Virus record (IMG/VR): IMGVR_UViG_3300027499_000007
Reading direction: 5' to 3' (one strand)
Source of the DNA: a virus
Length of the DNA stretch: 64,000 bases
Both the position numbers and the translations under genes were made by a program. The notes beneath the pieces are model-generated. The model was given only the letters and a program-made list of their open reading frames with translations. It ran no database searches and was not told where the DNA came from. The first letter of the stretch is position 1; each line of letters opens with the position of its first letter. Shown in pieces: positions 34,130 through 44,935 of this stretch.

Positions 34130-36855
34130 TATAGTCTCTCTATACAAATAAAGTTGTCATTGTGAAGTGGGCCTATCATCAGGGTTACACGATACATTCT
34201 GTTATTAGTCTTATCAAATATATTGTAAGTTGAAGTATCACCTTCACCTAGAAAATTCCAGTCAAATGCCGATGCTGATGCAGTGGTAGTGTAGGTTTGA
34301 TTATTAGTTGCGCTACCATTAACACCGCCAGAAACACTATAGAATGCACCTATATTAGCAGTAAAGTTTGTGCTCACAGCACCTATGCTTAATCCACGAT
34401 TACTACTGGTAGTAACACCTACTTTGAGATTGTCCATAGTAACATATGTGCCAGCATTAACTACGGCAGTGACCTTCCATGCTAACTCACCAGCTACATC
34501 GGCTGGTGCTTTAGAAAGATCAACATATACACCCCTAGAGCTGCCGCCGCCTTCAAAGATTCTTATTCTATCATTATAGGAATCGATAACAGCACCACCT
34601 GTGATAGTTGCGTTTGCTGATTTTGCTAATTGTATTTCACCACCTTCATTACCAACACTATTAGTTGATATCAGAGTAGATCCGGTAATATTACCAATAG
34701 CAACAACTTCTCCGCTAGCATTGAACGAGCCAGATGTTGTATCAACGTTGCCCGAAGCAGTAACACTTCCAGGTAGTGTTGTTATACCACTATTATCAAA
34801 TTTCCAAGTATAGGTTTGACCCCCGGATCTAATGAATATGTCTTGCGATCCGTCTAAGGATAGTGTACGTCTGCTATCGTTGTTGTCAAACATACGTAAG
34901 AAACCGTAATCATTGCCCTGTGTACTATTGTAAAATACTAATTCACCGCTATCATTAAATCTGTATTCGTGACTATAACTGTCACTGGTAAAATTGTAAC
35001 CTACTCTTATTCTTGTATCGTCGTCAGATCTAATAATAACATCATCCCCTAGCGCATCTAAGAATAAATCATCAGGAGATTTGATGTACATATCATTGCC
35101 ACCGGTTCCAGACAGCTCTAAAGTATCGCCATTAAAAACAAAGTTACCAATATCGACACCAGACTCATTAGTAGCACCGTAGAGAGAGCCAGTTTCACCA
35201 ACACCAAACCCGTCAAAACCACTGCCGCCAGCGGTACCTAACGTATTAATATCAGCACCAGTTGCAAACACACCAAAGATACTGTCTTGGTAAGTTACTA
35301 CATAATCGCCGCCGCCAAAGGCTGAGCTACTGGTAACAACGTTACCACTGTTATAGCTAATATTTGTATCTAAGTCAGTGTTGATATAGTTACCTGTATC
35401 GTATTCGTCACTGCCGCCATCGCCAATATTGTTACTAGGCCATACCACTGCGGGTCTCGGCAGCGTACCCGTTACAGTATAAGTTTGAATCCAACCATCA
35501 GCAACGCCAGTGATTGTTACTGTAATATCGTTATCGGGTGTTAATAGGAAATTGCCATTAGCATCTTGAATGGTGTTACCTGGAATCACATGCACGTCGT
35601 TGACTTGATGCGTGTTAGGTGCGCCCTGCCCCCAACTGCCTAGGTCTAGCGTATCGTTGTCCATGTTATAGGATATGCCACTAAATGTAGCGCCATCACC
35701 GGTGCTGTATTGAGGGCTGATACTGAATTGATTATTAACACTGAAGAATTCAAGATTAGCTTTTCTATCTGTAACTGTGGCACTAAATGTGTTGAAGTTA
35801 TCATAGAACGCTTGCTTCATATCACTGATAGTGTTAACACTACCTTCAACCCCACCGTTGAGTATCACGTTGTCAATTATTGATTCTGCAAAGGTTTTTA
35901 ATTCAGTTGTCGGAGTTTGGTTAACATTTTCGCCAACAACTACCAGCATAGCAACAACATCGCTGCCGCTTAAACCTGTAACAGTAAATGTATCGTCATT
36001 TGTTGCTGTATCAATTGTACTGGAAGGTGTAACTGTATCCTTGTAAATTACGATTTTATTGATTGGACCGTTAGGATCATCACTGTTGTTGTACATGCTG
36101 CCATAGTGAGCCTTAAAGCCTTTATATGCAGGGTCGCCACCTGATCCCCCACCTGAGCCGCTACCAACATCAGCTGGTGTAAATGTAAACACACCCGTGG
36201 TATCGTTATATGTTAAACTACCATTTCCGCTTGGGCTTGCTGTTGTAACACTAAGATCAGTTAGGCCAATTCCTGTATCAACCCCACCGTAATTAATAGT
36301 GCCGCCGTTAACAACAGGCCCATCAACTACACTTACTATAATCTTACCGGTACCTGCTGTTGCGCCACCCTGTGTAACATAAATGTTTAGGCTAGTATCG
36401 CTAGCGAACTCGAATAAACCTGTGGTTTGATAACTGCCTGTTACTTCAATTTCTGCATAACTGTCGCTCATCAGCAAACTATTGTCGTCGCCGGTACCAA
36501 CTGTTATTATTGCATTACCATCAAATGCTGTGTCAACTTCAAAAGTAGTGATAATTGTTTTAGTACCAGCAGTGATGTTGCCTAGCAGGATTGGACTGCT
36601 ACTATTGTAGTTTACATTAGCAAGAAACTGTGCTTCAGTGTAAACAACATCTAGCTGTGCTTTGGTAATAAAATGTTCTGGACTAGATGCGTTAGCACCG
36701 CCCATTGTTGTTAGCGTCGCCGCGTCTTGTAGCGTAACGGTAAAACTATCCGTATCAGCATTACCTACAAGAACAGGACCTTGCTTACCCAATTGTAGTG
36801 TACGATGCACACCACTTAAACCGTAATTTTTGACTTCAGCCACGTTTACTCCCAA
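34126..36855 (-). CDS. large Gly/Thr/Asn-rich putative virion (fibre-like) protein
   Basis: 909 aa, beta-rich composition; minus-strand late promoter at 36881-36887. Confidence 0.7.
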   Translation of the reverse strand: MGVNVAEVKNYGLSGVHRTLQLGKQGPVLVGNADTDSFTVTLQDAATLTTMGGANASSPEHFITKAQLDVVYTEAQFLANVNYNSSSPILLGNITAGTKTIITTFEVDTAFDGNAIITVGTGDDNSLLMSDSYAEIEVTGSYQTTGLFEFASDTSLNIYVTQGGATAGTGKIIVSVVDGPVVNGGTINYGGVDTGIGLTDLSVTTASPSGNGSLTYNDTTGVFTFTPADVGSGSGGGSGGDPAYKGFKAHYGSMYNNSDDPNGPINKIVIYKDTVTPSSTIDTATNDDTFTVTGLSGSDVVAMLVVVGENVNQTPTTELKTFAESIIDNVILNGGVEGSVNTISDMKQAFYDNFNTFSATVTDRKANLEFFSVNNQFSISPQYSTGDGATFSGISYNMDNDTLDLGSWGQGAPNTHQVNDVHVIPGNTIQDANGNFLLTPDNDITVTITGVADGWIQTYTVTGTLPRPAVVWPSNNIGDGGSDEYDTGNYINTDLDTNISYNSGNVVTSSSAFGGGDYVVTYQDSIFGVFATGADINTLGTAGGSGFDGFGVGETGSLYGATNESGVDIGNFVFNGDTLELSGTGGNDMYIKSPDDLFLDALGDDVIIRSDDDTRIRVGYNFTSDSYSHEYRFNDSGELVFYNSTQGNDYGFLRMFDNNDSRRTLSLDGSQDIFIRSGGQTYTWKFDNSGITTLPGSVTASGNVDTTSGSFNASGEVVAIGNITGSTLISTNSVGNEGGEIQLAKSANATITGGAVIDSYNDRIRIFEGGGSSRGVYVDLSKAPADVAGELAWKVTAVVNAGTYVTMDNLKVGVTTSSNRGLSIGAVSTNFTANIGAFYSVSGGVNGSATNNQTYTTTASASAFDWNFLGEGDTSTYNIFDKTNNRMYRVTLMIGPLHNDNFICIERLY

Positions 36856-36950
36856 CGAAAAAATAATCTACCATTAGTTATATTTATCATTGACAAGCTA
36901 AAGTAAATATGTTAGAATAACATATAAAAATACAGAAGAATAGGTATAAA

Positions 36951-37715
36951 ATGGAACTAAAAACCGAACAGAATGGATATCTAGTACTAGGAGATGTTCA
37001 TGCTGTTTATAGCCCGTTTGCTAGGGCCGTAGACTATGCTGTAGAAAATAATCTAACACTAGTTGCTGTAGGTGATCTAGTAGACAATGGTAATGAAGGC
37101 GATATGGTAGTTGATGCCATGCTTGAACTTATCTTTGCCGAACAAGCTCATGCGGTATGGGGCAACCACGAATGGAAAGTACGCCGTTGGCTTGCTGATA
37201 ATAATCACCCTGTGGGCTGGCCTAGCAAAATTACTATCAGTCAGTTTCACGATGATCGTCAGTTTCAGCAAGCATTCCTAGAGTTGTGCAACAGGCTGCA
37301 CGACTTTGTAAGTTTTAATGTTAACGGCACGTCATTCTTTGTTGCTCACGCAGGCTTTCATCCCCGCTTTTGGGAGGGCGAGCTAGGCGACGAAGTTATG
37401 AGCACGTTCAGAAATGGTATGGCAGATTATTCTAAACAATACGAATGGAAAGATCAGATTTATCCGCTACGTGTATACAGCTGGACTGATTATATTCCTG
37501 AAGGTGTAACAGTTTTTGTAGGACACGATCCTACTCCATTACGCCCAGAACCTATTTGGGATCAGTTTCAAGGTCGGCCTACAGTTGTTACTAATCACCA
37601 AAATGGTAAAACAGTTTTTCTAGATTGCGGCAGCGGCAAGGGCGGTGACCTTTGGGGTGCTGTAATTAGAAAAGACAACGATAAAGAAATCGAATACATT
37701 AACTTTGGAAGGTAA
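36951..37715 (+). CDS. calcineurin-like metallophosphoesterase
   Basis: GDVH, GDLVD, GNHE, HAG, GH and DCG motifs. Confidence 0.9.
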   Translation: MELKTEQNGYLVLGDVHAVYSPFARAVDYAVENNLTLVAVGDLVDNGNEGDMVVDAMLELIFAEQAHAVWGNHEWKVRRWLADNNHPVGWPSKITISQFHDDRQFQQAFLELCNRLHDFVSFNVNGTSFFVAHAGFHPRFWEGELGDEVMSTFRNGMADYSKQYEWKDQIYPLRVYSWTDYIPEGVTVFVGHDPTPLRPEPIWDQFQGRPTVVTNHQNGKTVFLDCGSGKGGDLWGAVIRKDNDKEIEYINFGR

Positions 37716-37723
37716 ATTTTAAA

Positions 37724-37957
37724 ATGGCATATCGTACGATTTATACAGAAGTAGAAGTAGATGTAGACATGGGCGATTTCAGTGATGAGGATCTACTGGA
37801 AGAGCTTGAACGTAGAAATATTCAACCCGTTGGTTGGGACGACCTAGAACGTACAAAAGAACTAATTTATAAGATGTATGAAAAGGCTTGCCTCAATAAA
37901 AATGTTGACGAAGAACTACGAGAATTTTTTTGGCGTACCATTGGTAGGAACCTATAA
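37724..37957 (+). CDS. hypothetical protein
   Basis: ORF in array. Confidence 0.65.
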   Translation: MAYRTIYTEVEVDVDMGDFSDEDLLEELERRNIQPVGWDDLERTKELIYKMYEKACLNKNVDEELREFFWRTIGRNL

Positions 37958-38187
37958 TGGAACCTCCGGAAGCCTGTTACGATACCGGTATCCATATTCA
38001 GTTTATGCCACGTTGGACATTTAGTAAGCAGTTTGCATTATTGCCCCATCGTTGCAGTGACACAGGTGAACTGATTTGGTTGAAAAATGCTTACCGTGCA
38101 GTATTCGAAGAACACTGGGGACATTTTGATATTGAGTGGCTTACTCATGATGCTTATGTGATGCGTAGATTAAGGGGAACTGCATAA
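37957..38187 (+). CDS. hypothetical protein
   Basis: TAATG coupling. Confidence 0.65.
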   Translation: MEPPEACYDTGIHIQFMPRWTFSKQFALLPHRCSDTGELIWLKNAYRAVFEEHWGHFDIEWLTHDAYVMRRLRGTA

Positions 38188-38489
38188 TGGCTTATTGGAT
38201 GTACAGAGAACGGGACCAGCGCGGCGACAGTGGCGGCATGAGTATGGCGCTTGTTCCTGCTTATGACGAGAACGGCAAGGTTGCTGATGTGCAATATGTG
38301 CATAATGCACGACCACAGGTTGGCTATGTGATGCGTGTGGGCAGTCACTATGCGCGAAGTTTTTCCGCACAGGATTGGTGGCAGACTACTGTGATTACAG
38401 AAATACTGGAAGATAAAATTAACGAGGATGGCAGCGAATATGTCAAGTTTAGGACCGGCAACAGCATATATGAATGGCGCAAAGATTAA
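38187..38489 (+). CDS. hypothetical protein
   Basis: TAATG coupling. Confidence 0.65.
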   Translation: MAYWMYRERDQRGDSGGMSMALVPAYDENGKVADVQYVHNARPQVGYVMRVGSHYARSFSAQDWWQTTVITEILEDKINEDGSEYVKFRTGNSIYEWRKD

Positions 38490-38517
38490 GCGACCCAAAC
38501 GAAAGGAAACAAATAGA

Positions 38518-38802
38518 ATGTGGAAATGGTTTGCAAAGAAGATGCGTAACGCATTACGAGAAGTTGAACGTGAATATGAAGTAGATGTGGCACCGTCGCG
38601 CGATTACGTTACCAAAGACCGTCACAGCGATGAGCGTATCACATTGCGCTTAGACAAGGCCATTGGCGGGCATATTGTACAAGTATCTAAGTATAATGGC
38701 AAGATTGATCGTCACCGTGATAACACTTATATCATCCGCGATGATGACAACCTAGAAGAAGCACTAACCGCAGTATTCATTCAAGAAAAAATCTCGCAAT
38801 GA
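38518..38802 (+). CDS. hypothetical protein
   Basis: RBS aagga. Confidence 0.65.
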   Translation: MWKWFAKKMRNALREVEREYEVDVAPSRDYVTKDRHSDERITLRLDKAIGGHIVQVSKYNGKIDRHRDNTYIIRDDDNLEEALTAVFIQEKISQ

Positions 38803-39161
38803 TACAAAACATTTCAGGAGGCCCCGGTATTGTAGTACAAGGCGGCAACTCTACTCAATTTTATCTACAGCCATCGCAACCCGGTACTGCTATTCCGGCA
38901 GGACAAATGCGCTACAACAATAACATGATTGAAGTGTTTGACGGTTCAAGCTGGCGTGTTGCTTCAAATTCATATACAAATATTAGTTTGGATGTTGGAA
39001 TGATAGAAGCTATTGAATGGGCTCGCAAGAAGATGCAGGAAGAAAAGGAACTGGAAGAATTAGCCAAGCAGTATCCTATTCTCGAAGATGCTATGCGTGA
39101 CCTAGAAGTAATTAAAGTTCTTGTGAGAGGCAAGCGTAACAATGATATTCAACAAAGTTAA
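38799..39161 (+). CDS. hypothetical protein
   Basis: GQMRYNNNMIEVFDGSSW motif then helical C-terminus. Confidence 0.65.
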   Translation: MIQNISGGPGIVVQGGNSTQFYLQPSQPGTAIPAGQMRYNNNMIEVFDGSSWRVASNSYTNISLDVGMIEAIEWARKKMQEEKELEELAKQYPILEDAMRDLEVIKVLVRGKRNNDIQQS

Positions 39162-39618
39162 ACAACTAAAAAACGAAGGCAAAACTATTGGAATTACATT
39201 CAGTACCTTTGATCTATTTCACGCTGGTCATATTGCTATGCTCAGCGAAGCAAAGAATCATTGCGATTATTTGATTGTGGGACTGCAAACTGATCCTACT
39301 ATTGATCGCCCTGATTCAAAGAATCCTCCAGTACAAAGCATTGTGGAGAGGCAGATTCAAGTAAGTGCATGTCGCTTTGTGGATGAGATTGTGGTTTACC
39401 AAACCGAAAAGGATTTGGAAGATATCCTTTTGACCTTACCGCTTGATGTACGCATACTTGGCATTGAGTATGAAAAACAGAACTTTACAGGCAGAAAGAT
39501 TTGTGAAGACCGCGGTATCGAATTGATCTTTAACGGCAGAGATCATAGTTTCAGTAGCAGTAACTTACGCGAACGTGTTTGGCGAGCAGAAAATATTAAA
39601 CGTGAACGTAAAAACTAA
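39142..39618 (+). CDS. TagD-like cytidylyltransferase
   Basis: STFDLFHAGH, RDHSFSSS. Confidence 0.88.
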   Translation: MIFNKVKQLKNEGKTIGITFSTFDLFHAGHIAMLSEAKNHCDYLIVGLQTDPTIDRPDSKNPPVQSIVERQIQVSACRFVDEIVVYQTEKDLEDILLTLPLDVRILGIEYEKQNFTGRKICEDRGIELIFNGRDHSFSSSNLRERVWRAENIKRERKN

Positions 39619-39680
39619 TTGACAACATTAATTGTTTCGTATATAATGAACATATAGAAACATATTTAAGGATTTAAAAA

Positions 39681-40751
39681 GTGGCGTACTTTCTTAAGAA
39701 TGGCAGTAGTTATCGTGTAGCAACCGAAGAGTCTCTAGACATTCATCGGCAACTACCCCCAGGTAATTTTATTGTAAAGGCTGACCAATTTGGCAACCTA
39801 TACCTAGAGCATATCGAGAGTTTCAAGTCTCTTGATCGTTACTACGGTGATACACTACGCAACACAGATCGTATTCTGCGTACCTTTATGGATCGTGAAG
39901 CTAGCACAGGCGTAATGCTTACTGGTGAAAAGGGCAGTGGTAAGACTCTGCTGGCTAAGAACCTTTGCATTGAAGGTGCAAAGCAGGGTATGCCCACAAT
40001 CGTCATCAACAACAGTTGGCACGGTGATGCGTTCAACAAGCTGATCCAAGATATTGATCAACCCGCCATTATCCTCTTTGATGAGTTCGAAAAGGTATAC
40101 GACAGCCAAGAACAGGAAAGCATTCTAACTCTGCTCGACGGTGTGTTCCCCAGCAAGAAGCTGTTTGTGCTTACCTGCAACGACAAGTGGCGCATTGACC
40201 GCCATATGCGTAACCGTCCTGGTCGTATCTTCTATATGCTAGACTTCAAAGGCCTAACAGCAGAATTTATTACAGAATACTGTAATGAGAATCTGCGTGA
40301 GAAGAAGTACATTGCACAGATCTGCAAGATTGCGGCACTGTTTACTGAGTTCAACTTTGACATGCTTAAGGCACTGGTCGAGGACATGAACCGCTACGGT
40401 GAAAGCCCACAGGAAGCAATGGAACTACTAAATGCCAAGCCTGAATATGACAACGACAGCGGCGGCAAGTTCAAAGTTGATCTAGTAGTGGATAAGAAGC
40501 CTATCAAGGAAAGCAATCTCTACGACAAGACATGGAAGAGCAATCCGCTGAGCCATCGAGTGATTACAATTGAGTACGAGCTAGACACTGATACCGATAA
40601 CGATGACTATCACTCAGTGCAGTTTGAGCCCACTGATCTACGCAACATCAATGGCGACACCGGCGAGTTTGTGTACATCAACAGCCGCGGCGATCAGCTA
40701 AAGCTAACTCGTGAACGTGCAGAGAACTTTAATTACTGGAAAGCGTTTTGA
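39681..40751 (+). CDS. AAA+ ATPase
   Basis: GEKGSGKT, LFDEFEK, NRPGRI. Confidence 0.9.
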   Translation: MAYFLKNGSSYRVATEESLDIHRQLPPGNFIVKADQFGNLYLEHIESFKSLDRYYGDTLRNTDRILRTFMDREASTGVMLTGEKGSGKTLLAKNLCIEGAKQGMPTIVINNSWHGDAFNKLIQDIDQPAIILFDEFEKVYDSQEQESILTLLDGVFPSKKLFVLTCNDKWRIDRHMRNRPGRIFYMLDFKGLTAEFITEYCNENLREKKYIAQICKIAALFTEFNFDMLKALVEDMNRYGESPQEAMELLNAKPEYDNDSGGKFKVDLVVDKKPIKESNLYDKTWKSNPLSHRVITIEYELDTDTDNDDYHSVQFEPTDLRNINGDTGEFVYINSRGDQLKLTRERAENFNYWKAF

Positions 40752-40755
40752 GCCT

Positions 40756-41115
40756 ATGGCTACTAAAATATTATTAGTAGACTTAGATAAAGATTATATT
40801 CGTCGTGTTGAAAACAGCGCAGATTTTAGGTTAAAGCATGACCTGTTTCAAGAAGCTGTAGGTAATCTACAGCAGGATATTAAATATTGGACTGATACTA
40901 GTGGCATAAATCTGGAGCTCGAAACTGTTAATGAGACTGAAGTTGAGCATGTGCAACAAGGTACACTGACTAAGACCCATACTAGAGTTTATGCTAAACT
41001 AGACAGCGAAGATGATCTCGCATGGATTAATCTTAGCATTGGTAATATTAAGCCAGCTAGGAAACTAGCACACGGTGCCAACCGCGGTTGGCAATTTGAT
41101 TGGGGAAATATATGA
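40756..41115 (+). CDS. hypothetical protein
   Basis: ORF in array. Confidence 0.6.
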   Translation: MATKILLVDLDKDYIRRVENSADFRLKHDLFQEAVGNLQQDIKYWTDTSGINLELETVNETEVEHVQQGTLTKTHTRVYAKLDSEDDLAWINLSIGNIKPARKLAHGANRGWQFDWGNI

Positions 41116-42929
41116 AAGAAAAGCACTTAGATGCTTTTATGGATACAGCTTATCGTTTCGCTGAACTAAGCACAGCAGTCCGCGCCCAAGTAGGCGCTAT
41201 CATTGTGAAAGATCGTCGTATCATCAGCATCGGCTATAATGGTATGCCCAGCGGTTGGGACAATTGTTGCGAAGATACAGTTTATCAACAAGACGGTAGT
41301 ACTGCATTAAAGACCAAGCCCGAGGTGCTTCATGCTGAAGCAAATGCTATTGCTAAACTAGCACAAAGCCCTGAGAGCGCACGTGATGCCGTATTGTTCT
41401 GCACTCACATGCCCTGTATGGAATGCGCTAAACTAATTCATCAAAGTGGTATTCGTACAGTATACTACGGCGAACGTTACGAAGCAGCCAAGGGTAGCGG
41501 CGAGCAGTTTCTTTGTAGTAGCGGTATTACTCTGGAATGGTTGCCACCAAAGCCCAAACCCGTCGAAACTGTTGAACGTATAGTAGAAAAAACTGTTGAA
41601 CGTATTGTAGAGTTAGAACATCCTAAACTGTTCAAGTATGGTAAGCTATTGCCGCCGGAACACATGTACATTCTTAACAACAGAAGTGATGCTAAAGGAG
41701 ATATTTTTACTGCATCAGTTTTTGAGAAGATTGCGTTCCTTACTGTCAGCGCAAGATACAACTGGGACAATCTATACAACGATATCCGTGCAGTACATAA
41801 TTTGTTTGATATTGATGATTGGGTTATAGATTATAGCTATGAAGCACACATAATGCAAGCATTTGATCATAGCAAAGGTACAGTATTTTCTGCAATTCAT
41901 AGAACAATTAAACAAATAAATGATGAATTTGGTATTGGTTTCAACCAGTTTCACCTAATTCACGGAAACTATTTCATTAAAACTACATATGACACATGGA
42001 GAACTGCAAACAATATTGCAGAAACTCTAGCCAGCGTAGAGAATTTACCCACATTATTCTTTCACAGATATTTTAGAAGTGCGCTAAAACAATATAAGCC
42101 ATTAGAATTTAGAAGAAACTTAACTAATAATTCTGCTAAACATTATTGTACCTTTAATGGCAGAGCAGGTTACGACCGTGTAGAATTATTAAAATTCCTA
42201 CACCGCGAAGAGTTATTAGAAAAAGGTTACAGCACCTGGCACTTCGATCCAGAAAGCTGGGAGATAATTCACAGCGAAGGTTTAGGTATTGAACGAGTCA
42301 ATCGCCTACCAGAGGGTAATGTGAAACCAGATAACTTTAGTGCTGTTACTGTTGAGTGGGGCAAGCGTAAAGAACAAGAAGTAATAGACACATATAACAA
42401 CAGCGCATTTGAAATTGTTGTAGAAACCATTACCAACATTGAGCAGGAAAGCTATAATTGGGACTGCAAAACAGAAGGCCGTCCAAATATTAAATGGATC
42501 ACTGATCAAATTCCAGATGCTAACACAGTGTTCTTCACAGAAAAGACTGCGAGACCTTTACTGTGGGGTATGCCATTCTTCCTACATGCAGGGCAATATG
42601 CATTACAAAGTTTGCGTGAACTAGGATTCAAAACATTTGATGCGCTATGGGATGAAAGTTACGACAGAATTTATGACCCAGCTGAACGTGCTCGTGCAAT
42701 GCATGCCAGCATTAAAGAAGTATTGAGCAGACCTTTAGATGATCTAGATCATCTAATTCAAGAAAATATTCACATACTCAAACATAATCAAAAACACTAT
42801 AATGATCTAGCTTCCATTAGACCTGTTCACTTGTGGATTGAAATGTATAATGCCAAGAGTATAGGACATGCCAGTCGTACTATACTCACACAGTTAAAAG
42901 AACCTAATCAGCATATCAGAATCAAATAA
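41112..42929 (+). CDS. dCMP deaminase fused to glycosyltransferase-like domain
   Basis: IGYNG, HAEANAI, PCMEC; linker PKPKPVETVERIVE; C-terminal FEIVVET...TEKTARP...LGFKTFD. Confidence 0.8.
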   Translation: MKEKHLDAFMDTAYRFAELSTAVRAQVGAIIVKDRRIISIGYNGMPSGWDNCCEDTVYQQDGSTALKTKPEVLHAEANAIAKLAQSPESARDAVLFCTHMPCMECAKLIHQSGIRTVYYGERYEAAKGSGEQFLCSSGITLEWLPPKPKPVETVERIVEKTVERIVELEHPKLFKYGKLLPPEHMYILNNRSDAKGDIFTASVFEKIAFLTVSARYNWDNLYNDIRAVHNLFDIDDWVIDYSYEAHIMQAFDHSKGTVFSAIHRTIKQINDEFGIGFNQFHLIHGNYFIKTTYDTWRTANNIAETLASVENLPTLFFHRYFRSALKQYKPLEFRRNLTNNSAKHYCTFNGRAGYDRVELLKFLHREELLEKGYSTWHFDPESWEIIHSEGLGIERVNRLPEGNVKPDNFSAVTVEWGKRKEQEVIDTYNNSAFEIVVETITNIEQESYNWDCKTEGRPNIKWITDQIPDANTVFFTEKTARPLLWGMPFFLHAGQYALQSLRELGFKTFDALWDESYDRIYDPAERARAMHASIKEVLSRPLDDLDHLIQENIHILKHNQKHYNDLASIRPVHLWIEMYNAKSIGHASRTILTQLKEPNQHIRIK

Positions 42930-43027
42930 GATATCTTGCCATAAAAATACATTTATATTGCAGTGCAGCATAAATACATTGTCGCTGAAATTCAGGACAA
43001 AAACTCTGTCAGTAAGAGGAGAAACAC

Positions 43028-43132
43028 ATGACACATGCAGATAAAGTGGTACTGGTTAGTAGAGTAGGTCACTTCATAGGGCTTTCATCAATGTTAGCAC
43101 TTACATGGGCCTTTATCTTTTCAGTACTTTAA
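43028..43132 (+). CDS. 34-aa membrane peptide (not in ORF track)
   Basis: RBS GAGGAG; MTHADKVVLVSRVGHFIGLSSMLALTWAFIFSVL; late promoter 42970. Confidence 0.5.
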   Translation: MTHADKVVLVSRVGHFIGLSSMLALTWAFIFSVL

Positions 43133-43159
43133 CAATTCGCTTAAGGAAAGGAATCCAAA

Positions 43160-43417
43160 ATGTTATCATATTATCTAAATCAAACCGTAGACGCAGTTCA
43201 AACTGCAAAGAAGAAATTCGTAGACAGCACAGTATTCGATGCAGCACTAGCTGGTCATATGAATAAGTTTGTTGAAACACAAACCGAATACACCAAAGCT
43301 GCTCTCAACAACTTTGAATCTTTTGGTATGGCAATGGCTGGTTACACTTGGGGCAAGACTCAAGAAACAGCTAAAAACACAACTGAATGGGTTAAGAAGT
43401 TTACTCCAAAGGCTTAA
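43160..43417 (+). CDS. helical, phasin-like hypothetical protein
   Basis: RBS aagga; amphipathic helices. Confidence 0.55.
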   Translation: MLSYYLNQTVDAVQTAKKKFVDSTVFDAALAGHMNKFVETQTEYTKAALNNFESFGMAMAGYTWGKTQETAKNTTEWVKKFTPKA

Positions 43418-43636
43418 TTATGGACAAGTTCACCCTAGCTGAAAAGCTCAGTGAGCAGTTTCCTCTAAGTCGTTATTGGACCAGCTTATATACTACACTA
43501 TGTGTTATAGAAAGGAGCAAACATGGCGCGAGCTTTAGCATTGCTTATTGAACTATATCGCATATTCGCATATCTTGTAAGAGATACTCGAGATTTACAA
43601 AAAATGTACAGTAAACACGTATATTGGGATTAAACT

Positions 43637-43666
43637 AAAATAGCACCTTAACGGTGCTATTTTTTT
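43637..43666 (+). terminator. rho-independent terminator
   Basis: AAAATAGCACC-TTAAC-GGTGCTATTTT plus T run. Confidence 0.88.
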
Positions 43667-43681
43667 AATAAATATCACAGA

Positions 43682-44278
43682 ATGTACAGCAACACCAATT
43701 ACACTAAACTAACACCGGGCTGGCACACTTTGTTAAGGCTCGACAGTACAACTGTATACGTGCCTATACCTAAGAATGCTCACACATGGATGCTACGCAG
43801 TTTTAATCCTGTGTCGGAAACCCAAACGGATCTAAATGATAGATATTTGGTAATACTACGTGATCCCATAGAAAGATGGATCACTGGTATTGGTACCTAC
43901 TGCGGTAATAATCATTATTTCAAAAGAGAATTTCATAGTAATCATCAACCCAACTGGAAACTATTTTTCAGTTATACCCTAATACCAGATGGCCATACTG
44001 TACCACAAGCATATTTTCTCCGAAATGTCACACCACAGAGCATGGATATTTTCACAGTAAATAATAATCTACACTCACAAATAGCAACATATCTAAATCG
44101 TAAGCCATTGATTCGTCAAGCTAATGTGGCTGAGAACAGTGGATATCACCGATATATAATTGATAATCTACGAGTGTATTTGAACTCTAATCCCCAAGTA
44201 TTAGCTGAACTGCACAAAATTTACGCTGAAGATTTCCAATTAATACGTACTCAAAAAGCCATTGACAACGCTAGCTAA
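43682..44278 (+). CDS. sulfotransferase-family protein
   Basis: IPKNAHT (5'-PSB-like), LRDPIERWITG (3'-PB-like), H..PQ, YAEDF. Confidence 0.75.
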   Translation: MYSNTNYTKLTPGWHTLLRLDSTTVYVPIPKNAHTWMLRSFNPVSETQTDLNDRYLVILRDPIERWITGIGTYCGNNHYFKREFHSNHQPNWKLFFSYTLIPDGHTVPQAYFLRNVTPQSMDIFTVNNNLHSQIATYLNRKPLIRQANVAENSGYHRYIIDNLRVYLNSNPQVLAELHKIYAEDFQLIRTQKAIDNAS

Positions 44279-44317
44279 AACTGTTATACTATATGCAGTA
44301 ATAATAAGAGAGTAATT

Positions 44318-44635
44318 ATGAAGAAAATCCTACTAGCACTAGCATTGGCACTGACAGCATCACCCAGCTTTGCCACAACCAATGCTGTTCAATGTCAGCA
44401 ATCCACGGAACAAAATCTCATTGAGCGCACCCGTGAACGCTTCAGTGATCCAAAGAATTTTCAACTTAAAAGTGTGGGCAAGTTCAGTACCAAAGACCGA
44501 GACACTTATACAATAACTGTATATTATGAAAATACCCTTACACGCAATAGGGGTATGACCACTGCCAAACTACGGGCCAGTAGCTCAGAATGCGTATTGT
44601 TAGAAGTAAATTTCTACGAGTTTAACCGCTTATAA
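44318..44635 (+). CDS. secreted hypothetical protein
   Basis: Signal peptide MKKILLALALALTASPSFA. Confidence 0.7.
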   Translation: MKKILLALALALTASPSFATTNAVQCQQSTEQNLIERTRERFSDPKNFQLKSVGKFSTKDRDTYTITVYYENTLTRNRGMTTAKLRASSSECVLLEVNFYEFNRL

Positions 44636-44644
44636 GCCCAAAAA

Positions 44645-44712
44645 GTTGCGAAAATACAACAAAAATACCGCTCAAAACCCCTTGACAACCTGCTCAAAAC
44701 TGTTAAAATATA
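44645..44712 (+). promoter_or_regulatory. early promoter with GTTG-N8-CAAC and TGCTCAAAA boxes
   Basis: Palindrome 44645-44660; TTGACA 44682; TAAAAT-type -10. Confidence 0.7.
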
Positions 44713-44740
44713 AGCATAGAGTAAGGAAAAAGGGATTAAC

Positions 44741-44935
44741 ATGCAAGCTCGTTTTATTAACTATGACACCCAAGAGGATTTTGGCTCTCGAGAAGTAGTA
44801 GTTCAAAGTCTGCGTTTGGACAGTGAAAACCGCCCCTACGCTATTGTAAGTGATCCAATCACCCTTAACGATTCTGCTAGAGCTGAATACATGCAGTATG
44901 ACGGCCAAACGCAATGGGTAGTTGATTTAGCCTAA
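44741..44935 (+). CDS. hypothetical early protein
   Basis: RBS and promoter upstream. Confidence 0.65.
   Translation: MQARFINYDTQEDFGSREVVVQSLRLDSENRPYAIVSDPITLNDSARAEYMQYDGQTQWVVDLA

Noticed and set aside
34370-36046. Small + strand ORFs inside the 909-aa gene, and similar antisense ORFs elsewhere
   Set aside because: Antisense shadows of a long gene with its own late promoter.
42985-43025. Riboswitch-like leader (glycine-type fragments)
   Set aside because: Too short and lacks the conserved aptamer core.
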